64,000 nt of DNA from an uncultured Clostridia bacterium. Lineage in GTDB: Bacteria; Bacillota; Clostridia; TANB77; CAG-508. Location: assembly GCA_934154515.1 (NCBI GenBank), contig CAKPGD010000001.1, forward strand, positions 2,809-66,808, read 5' to 3'. Below are positions 1-8,822 of this stretch, piece by piece. The notes under the pieces were generated by a model. The model saw nothing but the letters and a program-made list of their open reading frames with translations, was not told where the DNA came from and made no database searches. Each line of letters opens with the position of its first letter. Position 1 is the stretch's first letter. The translations under genes were made by a program, and so were the position numbers.

Positions 1-1790
1 ATTACTTTTTCTATTCCTATTTCTTTTGCAATGTGTTTTGCTGTTTTTTCGTTATCTCCTGTAAGCATTACTATTTCTATATTTTTCGATTTTAATTTAT
101 TTATCACATCTATTGTATTTGTTTTTATTGTGTCTTTTACTCCTATTAATGCAATTAATTTTTTATTTTCTGCTACAAATAATATACTGTTTCCGTTATT
201 TACTAGTTCTTCTTCGTGTTCTTTATTTTGTATAGTAATATTATTTTCTTCCATTAGTTTTCGGTTTCCTATTAGATATTCGTCATTTTCTATTTTTGCT
301 TCAACACCATAACCTGCTATTGCTTTAAATTCTTGTACTTCTTCTAGTTCTAATTTATTGTTTTTACTATATTCTACAATTGCTCTTGCTATTGGGTGTT
401 CAGATTTGCTTTCTATGCTCGCTATTTTTGTTATTATTTCACTTTCTTCTTTTTTAGTGTAGTTGTATATTTTTGAGATTGTAAGTTTTCCTTCTGTTAA
501 TGTTCCTGTTTTATCAAAACATATTGTTTTTATTTTGTGAGCATTTTCTAGTGCTTCACTATTTTTTATTAATATTCCTTTTTTACTTGCATTTCCAGAA
601 GCTATTACTATTGCAAGAGGTGTTGCTAAACCTAGACTGCAAGGGCATGCAACTACTAATACTGTTACTAATATGTTTATTGCAAATGCTACGTTTTTTG
701 TAATTATTAGCCATATTATAGATGCTATTAAAGCAATTAACATTACTACTGGCACGAAATATCCACTTATTTTATCTGCTATTTTGGCTATTGGTGCTTT
801 TGTATTATTTGTTTCATATACAAGTCTTACTATTTCTGAAACTGTTGACTCTTTTCCTATTTTTTCTGCTTCATATTTTATTGTTCCTTCATAATTGATA
901 CTTCCTGCTATTACTTTTGAACCTATTTCTTTTTTATTTGGTACACTTTCTCCTGTTATAAAAGATTCATTTGTATGAGTTTTTCCTTCTATTATTGTTC
1001 CATCTACTGCTATTTTTTCTCCTGGCTTACATACAACAATATCTTTCTTTTTTATTTCATCTAATGTTACTTGTGTTTCTTTTCCATTTCTTATTATTGT
1101 TGCTGAACTTGGAGTAATACTCATTAATTCTTGCAATGCTTCTTTTGTTTTTTCTTTATTTCTTCCTTCTATATATTTTCCTATTTCTATAAAGAATATA
1201 ACTATTGCTGCTGATTCATAATATAAGTTATGAACATATGCAGTTTCTCCTCTTAATATTCTTATAGTTCCATATACACTGTATATAAAGCTTGCTAAAA
1301 CGCCTATTGTTACTAATGTATCCATATTGGGAGTTTTATGAATTAAATTTTTATATCCATTTTTTAGTATGTGCATTCCCATAACTAACACTATTAATGT
1401 TAGTACAAATAAGCTAATTGTATAGTTTAGTGTATGGTTCATCATATCTAAATATGGAATTTCTGGAAGTCCTACCATATGTGCCATTGATATATACAAT
1501 ATTATAAGAGAAATTACTGTTATTTCTATTAATTTATATTTTTGCCCTTTCTTTTTCTTTTCTTCTTTTTGCATATTATCTATTCCTAAGCTTTTAAAAC
1601 CTGCTTTTGCTATATATCTTTCTATTTGCTCTTTATTTAGTTTATTTTCGTCATAAGCTATATGAGCATTATTCATTATTAAGTTTACACTTACTTCTTC
1701 TATTCCTTCTTGTTTTTTTAAGAATTTTTCTAATCCTACTGAACATGCACTACATGTCATTCCTTCTATTTTTAATAATATCTTTTTCAT
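1..1790 (-). CDS. copA: Copper/heavy-metal translocating P-type ATPase (N-terminal portion; C-terminus lies beyond the window edge)
   Basis: Minus-strand translation starts at the ATG complementary to 1788-1790. It gives an N-terminal HMA domain with a GMTCSACS metal-binding motif. Multiple TM helices, a CPC ion-translocation motif and a DKTGT-like phosphorylation region follow. The reading frame runs open to position 1. Confidence 0.85.
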   Translation of the reverse strand, partial: MKKILLKIEGMTCSACSVGLEKFLKKQEGIEEVSVNLIMNNAHIAYDENKLNKEQIERYIAKAGFKSLGIDNMQKEEKKKKGQKYKLIEITVISLIILYISMAHMVGLPEIPYLDMMNHTLNYTISLFVLTLIVLVMGMHILKNGYKNLIHKTPNMDTLVTIGVLASFIYSVYGTIRILRGETAYVHNLYYESAAIVIFFIEIGKYIEGRNKEKTKEALQELMSITPSSATIIRNGKETQVTLDEIKKKDIVVCKPGEKIAVDGTIIEGKTHTNESFITGESVPNKKEIGSKVIAGSINYEGTIKYEAEKIGKESTVSEIVRLVYETNNTKAPIAKIADKISGYFVPVVMLIALIASIIWLIITKNVAFAINILVTVLVVACPCSLGLATPLAIVIASGNASKKGILIKNSEALENAHKIKTICFDKTGTLTEGKLTISKIYNYTKKEESEIITKIASIESKSEHPIARAIVEYSKNNKLELEEVQEFKAIAGYGVEAKIENDEYLIGNRKLMEENNITIQNKEHEEELVNNGNSILFVAENKKLIALIGVKDTIKTNTIDVINKLKSKNIEIVMLTGDNEKTAKHIAKEIGIEKV

Positions 1791-1878
1791 ACGCACCTCA
1801 CTTATTTATTATTATACCACTTATTTTGTAATGTAAAAACAAGCTATTCGTTTTTTTGAATAACTTGTTTTTAATTTA

Positions 1879-2868
1879 TTAAAATTCATAAATATATGCT
1901 TCTAAAGTTTTTCTACCATATTGTAATGCACTTGAGTGTGAATTCATGTAAATATCTAACTTACTGTTTGATATTGCTCCACCTCTATCTTGTACTACGA
2001 ACCATCCTCCATTTGGTTTATCTGCTAATGCTGGAATATAAATTACTGTTCCTATTTTATAACCACTACCTGCTGCTACTGTATACCAAGCTGAAGCTTT
2101 AGCTCCTGAAGATGTAATTCCGTTTGTTTTTCCACAACATTTCATACATGCACAATATGCTGATGTATTTAAGTTTCTAACTGTTGGTGTAATTCCTTGT
2201 ACAGATTTTGCAAGTGTAGTTGAAGCTGTAAGTGCAGGATTTGTTGTTGCAACTCTATCTAAAGATCTTGATGTAACTTGTACTGTTTTTACTTCTACTA
2301 TTTTGTTTACTGGTTCTTTTATAACTCTTGAAGATAATTCTATTTTTTCTATTTCTACTTCATTTTGATATCTTACTTTATAAGTTACTTCTTTTAAACC
2401 GTTTACACCATTTCTTACTACTTTATTTTGTCTTGTTCCTTCTCCTGTTGCTTCTTTTGTTATTGTTTCATATGGTATTACTACTTGCTCTGTTACTATT
2501 TTTTCTGTAACACTATTATATCCAGATAAGATTTCTTCTGTTGTAACACTTTCTTCTGCTTCTGCAACTTCTTGTTTTAATTCAGATGATTTCATTATTT
2601 TTATTGTTTTATTGTCTGAAATTTCTGAACTCATATTTGGAACAACTACTTCATCTTCTAACACTGTTATATGATTTTCTTCAAGTATTTCTGATACTTT
2701 TGTTTTTGCTGTTATTACTGTCATTTCATAGTTACTTGAAAGAACTATTTTGACGTTTGTTAATTTAGCATTTGTAGCCATAACACCTACACTTGTTATA
2801 GATATAAGGATTAAGCTTATTATCAATATTTTTATTACTGATACAGATGCTTTATCGTTTTTGTTCAT
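1879..2868 (-). CDS. YabE-like cell-wall protein with N-terminal TM anchor, G5-like region and C-terminal 3D domain
   Basis: The 329-aa ORF has a C-terminus (CACMKCCGKTNGITSSG...QDRGGAI...LDIY) typical of the 3D/MltA-like domain. It sits beside tatD, the same synteny as yabD-yabE in Bacillus. Confidence 0.7.
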   Translation of the reverse strand: MNKNDKASVSVIKILIISLILISITSVGVMATNAKLTNVKIVLSSNYEMTVITAKTKVSEILEENHITVLEDEVVVPNMSSEISDNKTIKIMKSSELKQEVAEAEESVTTEEILSGYNSVTEKIVTEQVVIPYETITKEATGEGTRQNKVVRNGVNGLKEVTYKVRYQNEVEIEKIELSSRVIKEPVNKIVEVKTVQVTSRSLDRVATTNPALTASTTLAKSVQGITPTVRNLNTSAYCACMKCCGKTNGITSSGAKASAWYTVAAGSGYKIGTVIYIPALADKPNGGWFVVQDRGGAISNSKLDIYMNSHSSALQYGRKTLEAYIYEF

Positions 2869-3070
2869 AAAATATACCTCCTATTTATGCAACAATTAAA
2901 TTATAACATTTCTACAAAAATATGTCAAATTTATTACATTTTTGTAAGATGCTTGCATTTCAATGCTTTTATAAATTTTACATAATTTCATTTATTGTAT
3001 AAAATCCACAAAATGCGTCTATTACATTATATGTGGCTTGTACTATTTTTATGAATAAATTTTTTATTTT

Positions 3071-3856
3071 TTATTTAATTTTGAAAATTTTCATCGCATT
3101 TTCATATGTTTTTTTTGCAACTTCTTCTAGTTCTATTCCTTTAAAGTATGATATTTTTTCTGCGATAAGTTTTACATTTCTACTGTCGTTTCGTGTGCCT
3201 CTTTTAGGTTCTGGTGATAAATATGGACTATCTGTTTCTATTAATGTTTTTTCTAGTGGTACCATATTTACTATTTCTTCTGCATTTTTAGAATTTTTAA
3301 ATGTTATTGGCCCTGCAAATGATATATAAAATCCTAAGTCTAATCCTTGTTTTACAAGTTCTCTATTTTGTGGGCAACAATGAAATACACCTTTGTTGTT
3401 TACTGTATTTTCTCTTAGTATTTTTAGGGTATCATCTACTGCCTCTCTTGTATGTATTACTATTGGTAGATTATATTTATTTGCTAATTCTATTTGTTTT
3501 ATAAATACTTCTTTTTGTATTTCTTTATTTTCTTTGTTCCAATAATAGTCTAAACCTATTTCTCCTATCGCTACTATTTTTTTATTACTATATTTCTTTA
3601 TTATATTCTCAATTTTTTCTAACATTCCACTTATTTCTTCTTGTGTTTGTGGTACATCATTAGGAGATATTCCTACTATTGAATATATAAAGTCATGTTT
3701 ATTTGCTATTTCTATACTTAATTCAGAAGATTCTATATTATAACCTGCACATATAAATTTTGTTACTCCATTTTTATATGTTTCTTCTATAATATTTTCT
3801 CTATCTTCATTAAATTTTTCATCATTATAATGCGAATGTGAATCAAAAAATTCCAT
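3071..3856 (-). CDS. tatD: TatD family metal-dependent hydrolase/DNase (YabD)
   Basis: 261 aa. Has the N-terminal FFDSHSHYN motif, the internal HTREA motif and the C-terminal IETDSPYLSP motif characteristic of TatD. Confidence 0.85.
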   Translation of the reverse strand: MEFFDSHSHYNDEKFNEDRENIIEETYKNGVTKFICAGYNIESSELSIEIANKHDFIYSIVGISPNDVPQTQEEISGMLEKIENIIKKYSNKKIVAIGEIGLDYYWNKENKEIQKEVFIKQIELANKYNLPIVIHTREAVDDTLKILRENTVNNKGVFHCCPQNRELVKQGLDLGFYISFAGPITFKNSKNAEEIVNMVPLEKTLIETDSPYLSPEPKRGTRNDSRNVKLIAEKISYFKGIELEEVAKKTYENAMKIFKIK

Positions 3857-3962
3857 ATTTTTTTCATAATATATCTAGTATTCAGATAATTATTTCTCCT
3901 TTTATAATATATTTAGGTTTTTAAAAAGTTCCTATAATCCTTTGTTATTATACTTTTCTAAT

Positions 3963-4340
3963 TTATTTTGAAAAAATTACAACACAATTTGCTGTTGCAT
4001 ACTCTTTTATGTGTGACATACTAATATCTATTTGAATATTTTTTACTTTCTCTTCGTTTATTTTTGCAAATGGTCTTCCTTCACTATCATTTAATATTTC
4101 TATATCTGTCCAGTTTATATTATATTTTCCTTCCAATATAGGTGATATTGCTTTAAATACTGCCTCTTTTGCTGCAAATCTTGCTGCATAATGTTCATAT
4201 TTAGTTATACTTTTACTTTCACAATAATTTATTTCGTTTTGAGTATATACTTTTTTTAAAAATTTTTCTCCTACATTTCCTTCTATACTTTCTTTTATTC
4301 TTTCAACTTCTATTATGTCTGTTCCACACTTAATATTCAT
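3963..4340 (-). CDS. acpS: Holo-[acyl-carrier-protein] synthase (AcpS-type 4'-phosphopantetheinyl transferase)
   Basis: 125 aa. Has GTDIIEVERI and FAAKEAVFKA motifs, and the size is typical of AcpS. Confidence 0.85.
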   Translation of the reverse strand: MNIKCGTDIIEVERIKESIEGNVGEKFLKKVYTQNEINYCESKSITKYEHYAARFAAKEAVFKAISPILEGKYNINWTDIEILNDSEGRPFAKINEEKVKNIQIDISMSHIKEYATANCVVIFSK

Positions 4341-4362
4341 TTTTTCCTCTTTTCTATTTTTA

Positions 4363-4389
4363 AAGGCGTATTCTATAGATACGCCTTTT
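4363..4389. terminator. Perfect 9-bp inverted repeat (aaggcgta...tacgcctt) between the WG-repeat gene and acpS, followed by a T-rich run on the plus strand; putative terminator or attenuator
   Basis: Stem-loop read directly from the sequence. The U-tract is weak in the minus orientation. Confidence 0.4.
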
Positions 4390-4409
4390 GTTGTTTATTT
4401 TGTATTAAT

Positions 4410-5921
4410 CTATTTTGTATAATAATTTGCATTTATATCTTCTGCTAAGTGATATTCTCCAATAAAATCTACTACTAGGTTATTTTCCATAGTATATGTT
4501 GGTTCTACAATTACTTTACCTTTTTTATCTATTGCTCCCCATTTTCCGTCTTTTTTTACTGAAGCATATCCATATTTATTTTGCTCTGTTGCATCATCAT
4601 ATATATAATCTACTACAACTATTCCTTTTTCATTTACATATCCATATTTTCCATCTTTTTTGCTTAAATATAATGTACTATTTAATACTTCTTTGCTTTC
4701 TTTTTCTTCTAGCTTAAAGTTATAGTATTTATATTCATTTCCGACTCTTACTCTAATGTAATTTTTATCTGTATTTATTTCAGATATTATTCCTGATGCC
4801 TTTACTTGTAAATCTCTTGATAATATATCTGTTTCTGAATTTTCTTTTTGAGCTCTTATAAAGTCAGCCTCTGACACATATTCTATATATGTATATTCTA
4901 TTGGTAATTTTACTTCATTGTTTATTGAAATTATTCCATATTTTCCATTATTTTTTGCTATATATGTGTCTGTATATGCAAATGTTAAATCTTCATATTG
5001 TGGCTCTATTTTTGTTTCTCCTGCTAATGTTAAAACTCCATATTTACCGTTGTTTTTAACTATAACATTCGAACCATTTATTTGTTTTACATCTTCAAAT
5101 TTTCCTTCTAAATATGTACTTCCTTCGTTATTTACTATTTTCCAAGTATTTTCCTCTTTTACTACATAACTATTATTTCCATATACATTTTTAATCTCAT
5201 TATATTTTGTTTCTAATGCTACTGTTTTATTGTAGTTTATTACTCCGTATTTTCCATTTTCAGCTTTTACTATGAATCCATCTGAAAATTTATCTGTTAA
5301 TGATGATATTTCTGCATATTCATTATTTATAATAATATTTCCTAAAGCATCTACTAGACCTTGTTTTCCATCTTTTATTGTTATTACTACACCTTTGGTT
5401 CCTGTTAGTGCTTTTATTTCGTCATGTTCACATGGAAGAAGTTCTTTACCGTCTAAGTTTATTAGTCCATATTTTCCGTCTTTTTGAACTTTTAACATTC
5501 CACTTTCATACCATAAATTGTTTGATTTGTCGTTATTATAAATTACTTCTACTTTATTGTAATTTGTAAATAATTTATTGTTTTTGTTGTCTAGTGCTTG
5601 TGTTTCAAATGTATTATTCTCGTAATCTACATTTGTAGTACAAATAAACACTGGTTTTGTATTATCTGGTACTATTATCATTTCATCATAACTTGGTTTT
5701 ATTACAACGTTTTGCTTTGTATCTATTACTCCCCATTTCCCGTTTTCATATATTGTGTAATATCCTGTTGGGAATACTTTTTCTTTTATATTTTTATCGC
5801 CTTTTAATAGTTCTTTTATTCCTATTACAAACATTATTATAACAAGTATTGCAACTATTACGGCTACTACTTTTTTCATATTTAGCTTTGGTTCGTTATC
5901 ATATCTTTTTCCTCTACTCAT
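4410..5921 (-). CDS. WG (KWG/Leptospira-type) repeat-containing protein with N-terminal TM anchor
   Basis: 503 aa. Contains many repeats of the form DGKYG(L/V)I(N/D)...G, typical of the WG beta-repeat family. There is a hydrophobic segment after a basic N-terminus. Confidence 0.6.
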   Translation of the reverse strand: MSRGKRYDNEPKLNMKKVVAVIVAILVIIMFVIGIKELLKGDKNIKEKVFPTGYYTIYENGKWGVIDTKQNVVIKPSYDEMIIVPDNTKPVFICTTNVDYENNTFETQALDNKNNKLFTNYNKVEVIYNNDKSNNLWYESGMLKVQKDGKYGLINLDGKELLPCEHDEIKALTGTKGVVITIKDGKQGLVDALGNIIINNEYAEISSLTDKFSDGFIVKAENGKYGVINYNKTVALETKYNEIKNVYGNNSYVVKEENTWKIVNNEGSTYLEGKFEDVKQINGSNVIVKNNGKYGVLTLAGETKIEPQYEDLTFAYTDTYIAKNNGKYGIISINNEVKLPIEYTYIEYVSEADFIRAQKENSETDILSRDLQVKASGIISEINTDKNYIRVRVGNEYKYYNFKLEEKESKEVLNSTLYLSKKDGKYGYVNEKGIVVVDYIYDDATEQNKYGYASVKKDGKWGAIDKKGKVIVEPTYTMENNLVVDFIGEYHLAEDINANYYTK

Positions 5922-6093
5922 TTATGTTTCTCCCTATTTTATTTTTTCTTTACTATATCACACAAATGCATAAATTACAATAATTGACTAGAAAAAAGCA
6001 GTAAATTTAAAAGCCATATTATCTTGACTGACTCAATTGAGCTTTAACATATTTTTTTACTAATTTAACATAAAAGTTTAGAAGTTGCAATTT

Positions 6094-6624
6094 TTATTCA
6101 TCTATTGTAAATGATTCAATTGTAACATCAGTAATATGTGTATTTATATAATAGTTTCCATTCCATTGTGCGGTACCACTTGCTAAATTTCCTCCACTAT
6201 TTACTATTGTCCTATTTCCATCTTTATTTGTAATTGTAATAGTTCCCGGAGTGTATCCATATCCTGTGTTTCCATTCCATCCTAAGTAAATTTTATATGA
6301 AATTACTAATGTCCAATTTTTTTCTAATTTAAGTTTACCATTAATCAGTTCTCCATTGCTATATGCAATTTTACCATTAATAACATCGTTTTCAGTTGCA
6401 TTTGTCTGATTAAGTATATTTTTTAAAGCGTTTAGTTCTGATACATCAGATTTATTTGCATATAACTCATCTAATGCCTGTGAGACACTTTTGTCATCTG
6501 TATATTTTACCTCTGATGCGAAATATTTATATGTAGCATACACACTTATTCCACTTGTCATTATAATTCCAATTATTAGACCTATAATTAATTTTATATT
6601 TTTCTTTACAAACTTCATTGTCAA
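6094..6624 (-). CDS. Hypothetical membrane-anchored secreted protein
   Basis: 176 aa with an N-terminal TM and a G/N/T-rich C-terminal beta-rich region. It is part of a paralogous trio with the next two genes. Confidence 0.5.
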   Translation of the reverse strand: MTMKFVKKNIKLIIGLIIGIIMTSGISVYATYKYFASEVKYTDDKSVSQALDELYANKSDVSELNALKNILNQTNATENDVINGKIAYSNGELINGKLKLEKNWTLVISYKIYLGWNGNTGYGYTPGTITITNKDGNRTIVNSGGNLASGTAQWNGNYYINTHITDVTIESFTIDE

Positions 6625-6642
6625 TTTTTCCTTTCTTTTGTT

Positions 6643-7143
6643 TTAATTATTTAATAAATAATCCAATGCTTCTTTTACATTATCTACTTTCCAATTAGCA
6701 TTCTCTGGTGTGTATGATAACTCTTTTGCTGTTATTTTCTCAATAACTTTTCCTTTTTCCTTGTATTCTGTTGTATTTCCAGTAACATAAAAAATATAGC
6801 CATCCTTTGTTGTTAGTTTAATTTTTTCTATTCCGTTATCTACTATTACAGTCACAGCATTAATCCAAAGTTTTTGTGTATCACTCTCAAATTCATTTTT
6901 TAAATTTTCAAGTACAATATTGTTATTGTATTTTAATATGGTTTCAAATTTTACAAGTTCTATTTTTTCCCTGTATTGTTCTATTATATTTTGTTCTTTT
7001 GCATATTGTGATCTGTTTATTATTCCATTTTCTCCTAATGTTACATTTATTGCTACTCCTGCTAAAATTATTAATACTACTATTGTTACTACTAGTGCTA
7101 TTAGTGTTATTGCTTTTTCGCTTTTTAATTTGTTTTTATTCAT
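6643..7143 (-). CDS. Hypothetical protein with pilin-like (class III signal-like) hydrophobic N-terminus
   Basis: 166 aa. The N-terminus KAITLIALVVTIVVLIILAGVAINVTLGENGII is near-identical to the N-terminus of the 7284-8513 product. Confidence 0.5.
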   Translation of the reverse strand: MNKNKLKSEKAITLIALVVTIVVLIILAGVAINVTLGENGIINRSQYAKEQNIIEQYREKIELVKFETILKYNNNIVLENLKNEFESDTQKLWINAVTVIVDNGIEKIKLTTKDGYIFYVTGNTTEYKEKGKVIEKITAKELSYTPENANWKVDNVKEALDYLLNN

Positions 7144-7283
7144 AACTTTCCCCTTCTTTTGTTTATATTTTATATTCTTTTATGATTTTATAAGAGTACT
7201 TACTTTTTAACAATATTTTTTATTTCTTTTTGTAGTAATCTTTTTACATAATTTAACTTGTCTTCATACATCTTTTATCTTTA

Positions 7284-8513
7284 TTATTTTAGTTGCCAAA
7301 TGCCATTTGAGTCTTGCGTTGCTGTAACTGTTGTTTTTAAATGTACTAATGGTCTTACCGAATAATTTTGGTTATCATACCCATTTTGGCCTATTGAATT
7401 TCTATAATCTATTCCTAGTATTGCTTTTTCTTCCTTTGCTGATGGAGAAGCAAGCCAATATCCATAACTTTTATTATAAATACCTTTATATGGGAAATAT
7501 AGTTCATCACTCATGTCTAACTTATTTGAAATGTAGTATTGGTCATTTAACCCATATCCGTTCATTTTATATCCAAAATCACCTTCATTTGCAATTGGTG
7601 TTATTGTTGAATTTCCTTTTTCATTCCAGCTTGCACACCACATTTCGAAAGTTGGCCCTCCTATTGCTAAATCCGCATAATTTTCATTAACAAAATCTCC
7701 CCAATTTTCTGTATTCAACAGTGTAGATACACATTTTGAATTGCCTTTTTCTTTTAATGTATATTTTGTTGCTTTGAATAATGTTCGATTGCTTTCCCAA
7801 TTGGAATTTAATGTAGGAGCATTAAGCCATATTGCCATATATAATCTGGTAGCATCTAATGTAAATCCACACGTTGTTGGTAGCTTACTTGCTTCTAAGT
7901 AATCTGACATTATTATAAATACATCGTTTCCTTCTTTATAGAATATTTTCCAATCTGTTATTCCATTTGCACTATAATTTACTTTATCTCCATAGTTTGT
8001 TGATGTTATTTGTGATGATAATGTTCTTTTTACGGTTACTGTGCATGTTGCTTGTTTATTGCTTCCATCATTTGTCTTTGCTGTTATTACTGTTGTTCCT
8101 TCTTTTTTTGCAGTTATTTTTCCATAGTCGTCTACTGTTGCTACTTCACTATCACTGCTTGCCCATGTTATTTTCTTGTTACTTGCATTACTTGGCTTTA
8201 TTGTTGCTATTAGCGTTTCTGTATTTTCGGCTAATATTTCTGTTTCATTTTTATTTAACATTATTTCTTCTATTTTTATATCTTCACTTATTGAATTCAT
8301 CTCTTTTTCAAGTGCATTTATTCTTATCTGTTCTTCCTCTTGTGCATTTATATATAAATTTTTTGCTTCTTTTGCTCTTGTTATTATTCCATTTTCTCCT
8401 ATTGTTAAGCTTATTGTAACTCCTGCTAATATTATTAATACTATTATTGTTATTACTAAAGAAATTAATGTTATTGCTTTTGAATTTTTTATTCTTTCTT
8501 TACTTTGTTTCAT
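7284..8513 (-). CDS. Pilin-like N-terminus protein with Big_2 (bacterial Ig-like) domain and DUF1566-like C-terminal region
   Basis: 409 aa. The N-terminus is KAITLISLVITIIVLIILAGVTISLTIGENGII. The Big_2-like segment reads ITWASSDSEVATVDDYGKITAKKEGTTVITAKTNDGSNKQATCTVTV. The C-terminus carries YGYWLASPS...SVRPLV, which resembles DUF1566. Confidence 0.55.
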   Translation of the reverse strand: MKQSKERIKNSKAITLISLVITIIVLIILAGVTISLTIGENGIITRAKEAKNLYINAQEEEQIRINALEKEMNSISEDIKIEEIMLNKNETEILAENTETLIATIKPSNASNKKITWASSDSEVATVDDYGKITAKKEGTTVITAKTNDGSNKQATCTVTVKRTLSSQITSTNYGDKVNYSANGITDWKIFYKEGNDVFIIMSDYLEASKLPTTCGFTLDATRLYMAIWLNAPTLNSNWESNRTLFKATKYTLKEKGNSKCVSTLLNTENWGDFVNENYADLAIGGPTFEMWCASWNEKGNSTITPIANEGDFGYKMNGYGLNDQYYISNKLDMSDELYFPYKGIYNKSYGYWLASPSAKEEKAILGIDYRNSIGQNGYDNQNYSVRPLVHLKTTVTATQDSNGIWQLK

Positions 8514-8775
8514 TTTTCTTTTTCTCCTCTTTTGTACTAGTTTTTGCTTTTATTTTGTAAACTATTCATTTTGTTTTTAATATCTCATTTTCTTCACTTT
8601 ATTAGTTTTATTTTTTCTTAATTATGTTTATTAGTTACTACTTATTTTGTACTCATTTTACTATTAAATATCTTTTAAGTCAATATTTTTTAATGCTTTT
8701 CTATTTGCTATTAACAATTATTTGCAAGCACTAGATTAAAATCTTATTGCAAGCTTCTGAATCTTAGATATATCA

Positions 8776-8805
8776 TAAAAAGAAGCATCTAAATTAGATG
8801 CTTCT
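8776..8805 (-). terminator. Rho-independent terminator of spoIIE
   Basis: Perfect palindrome agaagcatctaa-att-tagatgcttct at 8781-8805. On the minus strand it is followed by a T-run (the A-run at 8777-8780 on the plus strand). Confidence 0.7.
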
Positions 8806-8822
8806 AATATTATTTAAACTAT

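Noticed and set aside
3963-4340. AcpS as the activating PPTase for the NRPS carrier domains
   Set aside because: AcpS-type PPTases generally do not modify NRPS PCP domains; an Sfp-type enzyme is expected. It also lies 20 kb away in a housekeeping context.
6643-8513. Type IV pilus or competence pseudopilus locus
   Set aside because: The N-termini lack the invariant Gly-1 and Glu+5. No PilB/PilC/PilD/ComG genes are adjacent. It is treated as a pilin-like anchor family, not a pilus system.
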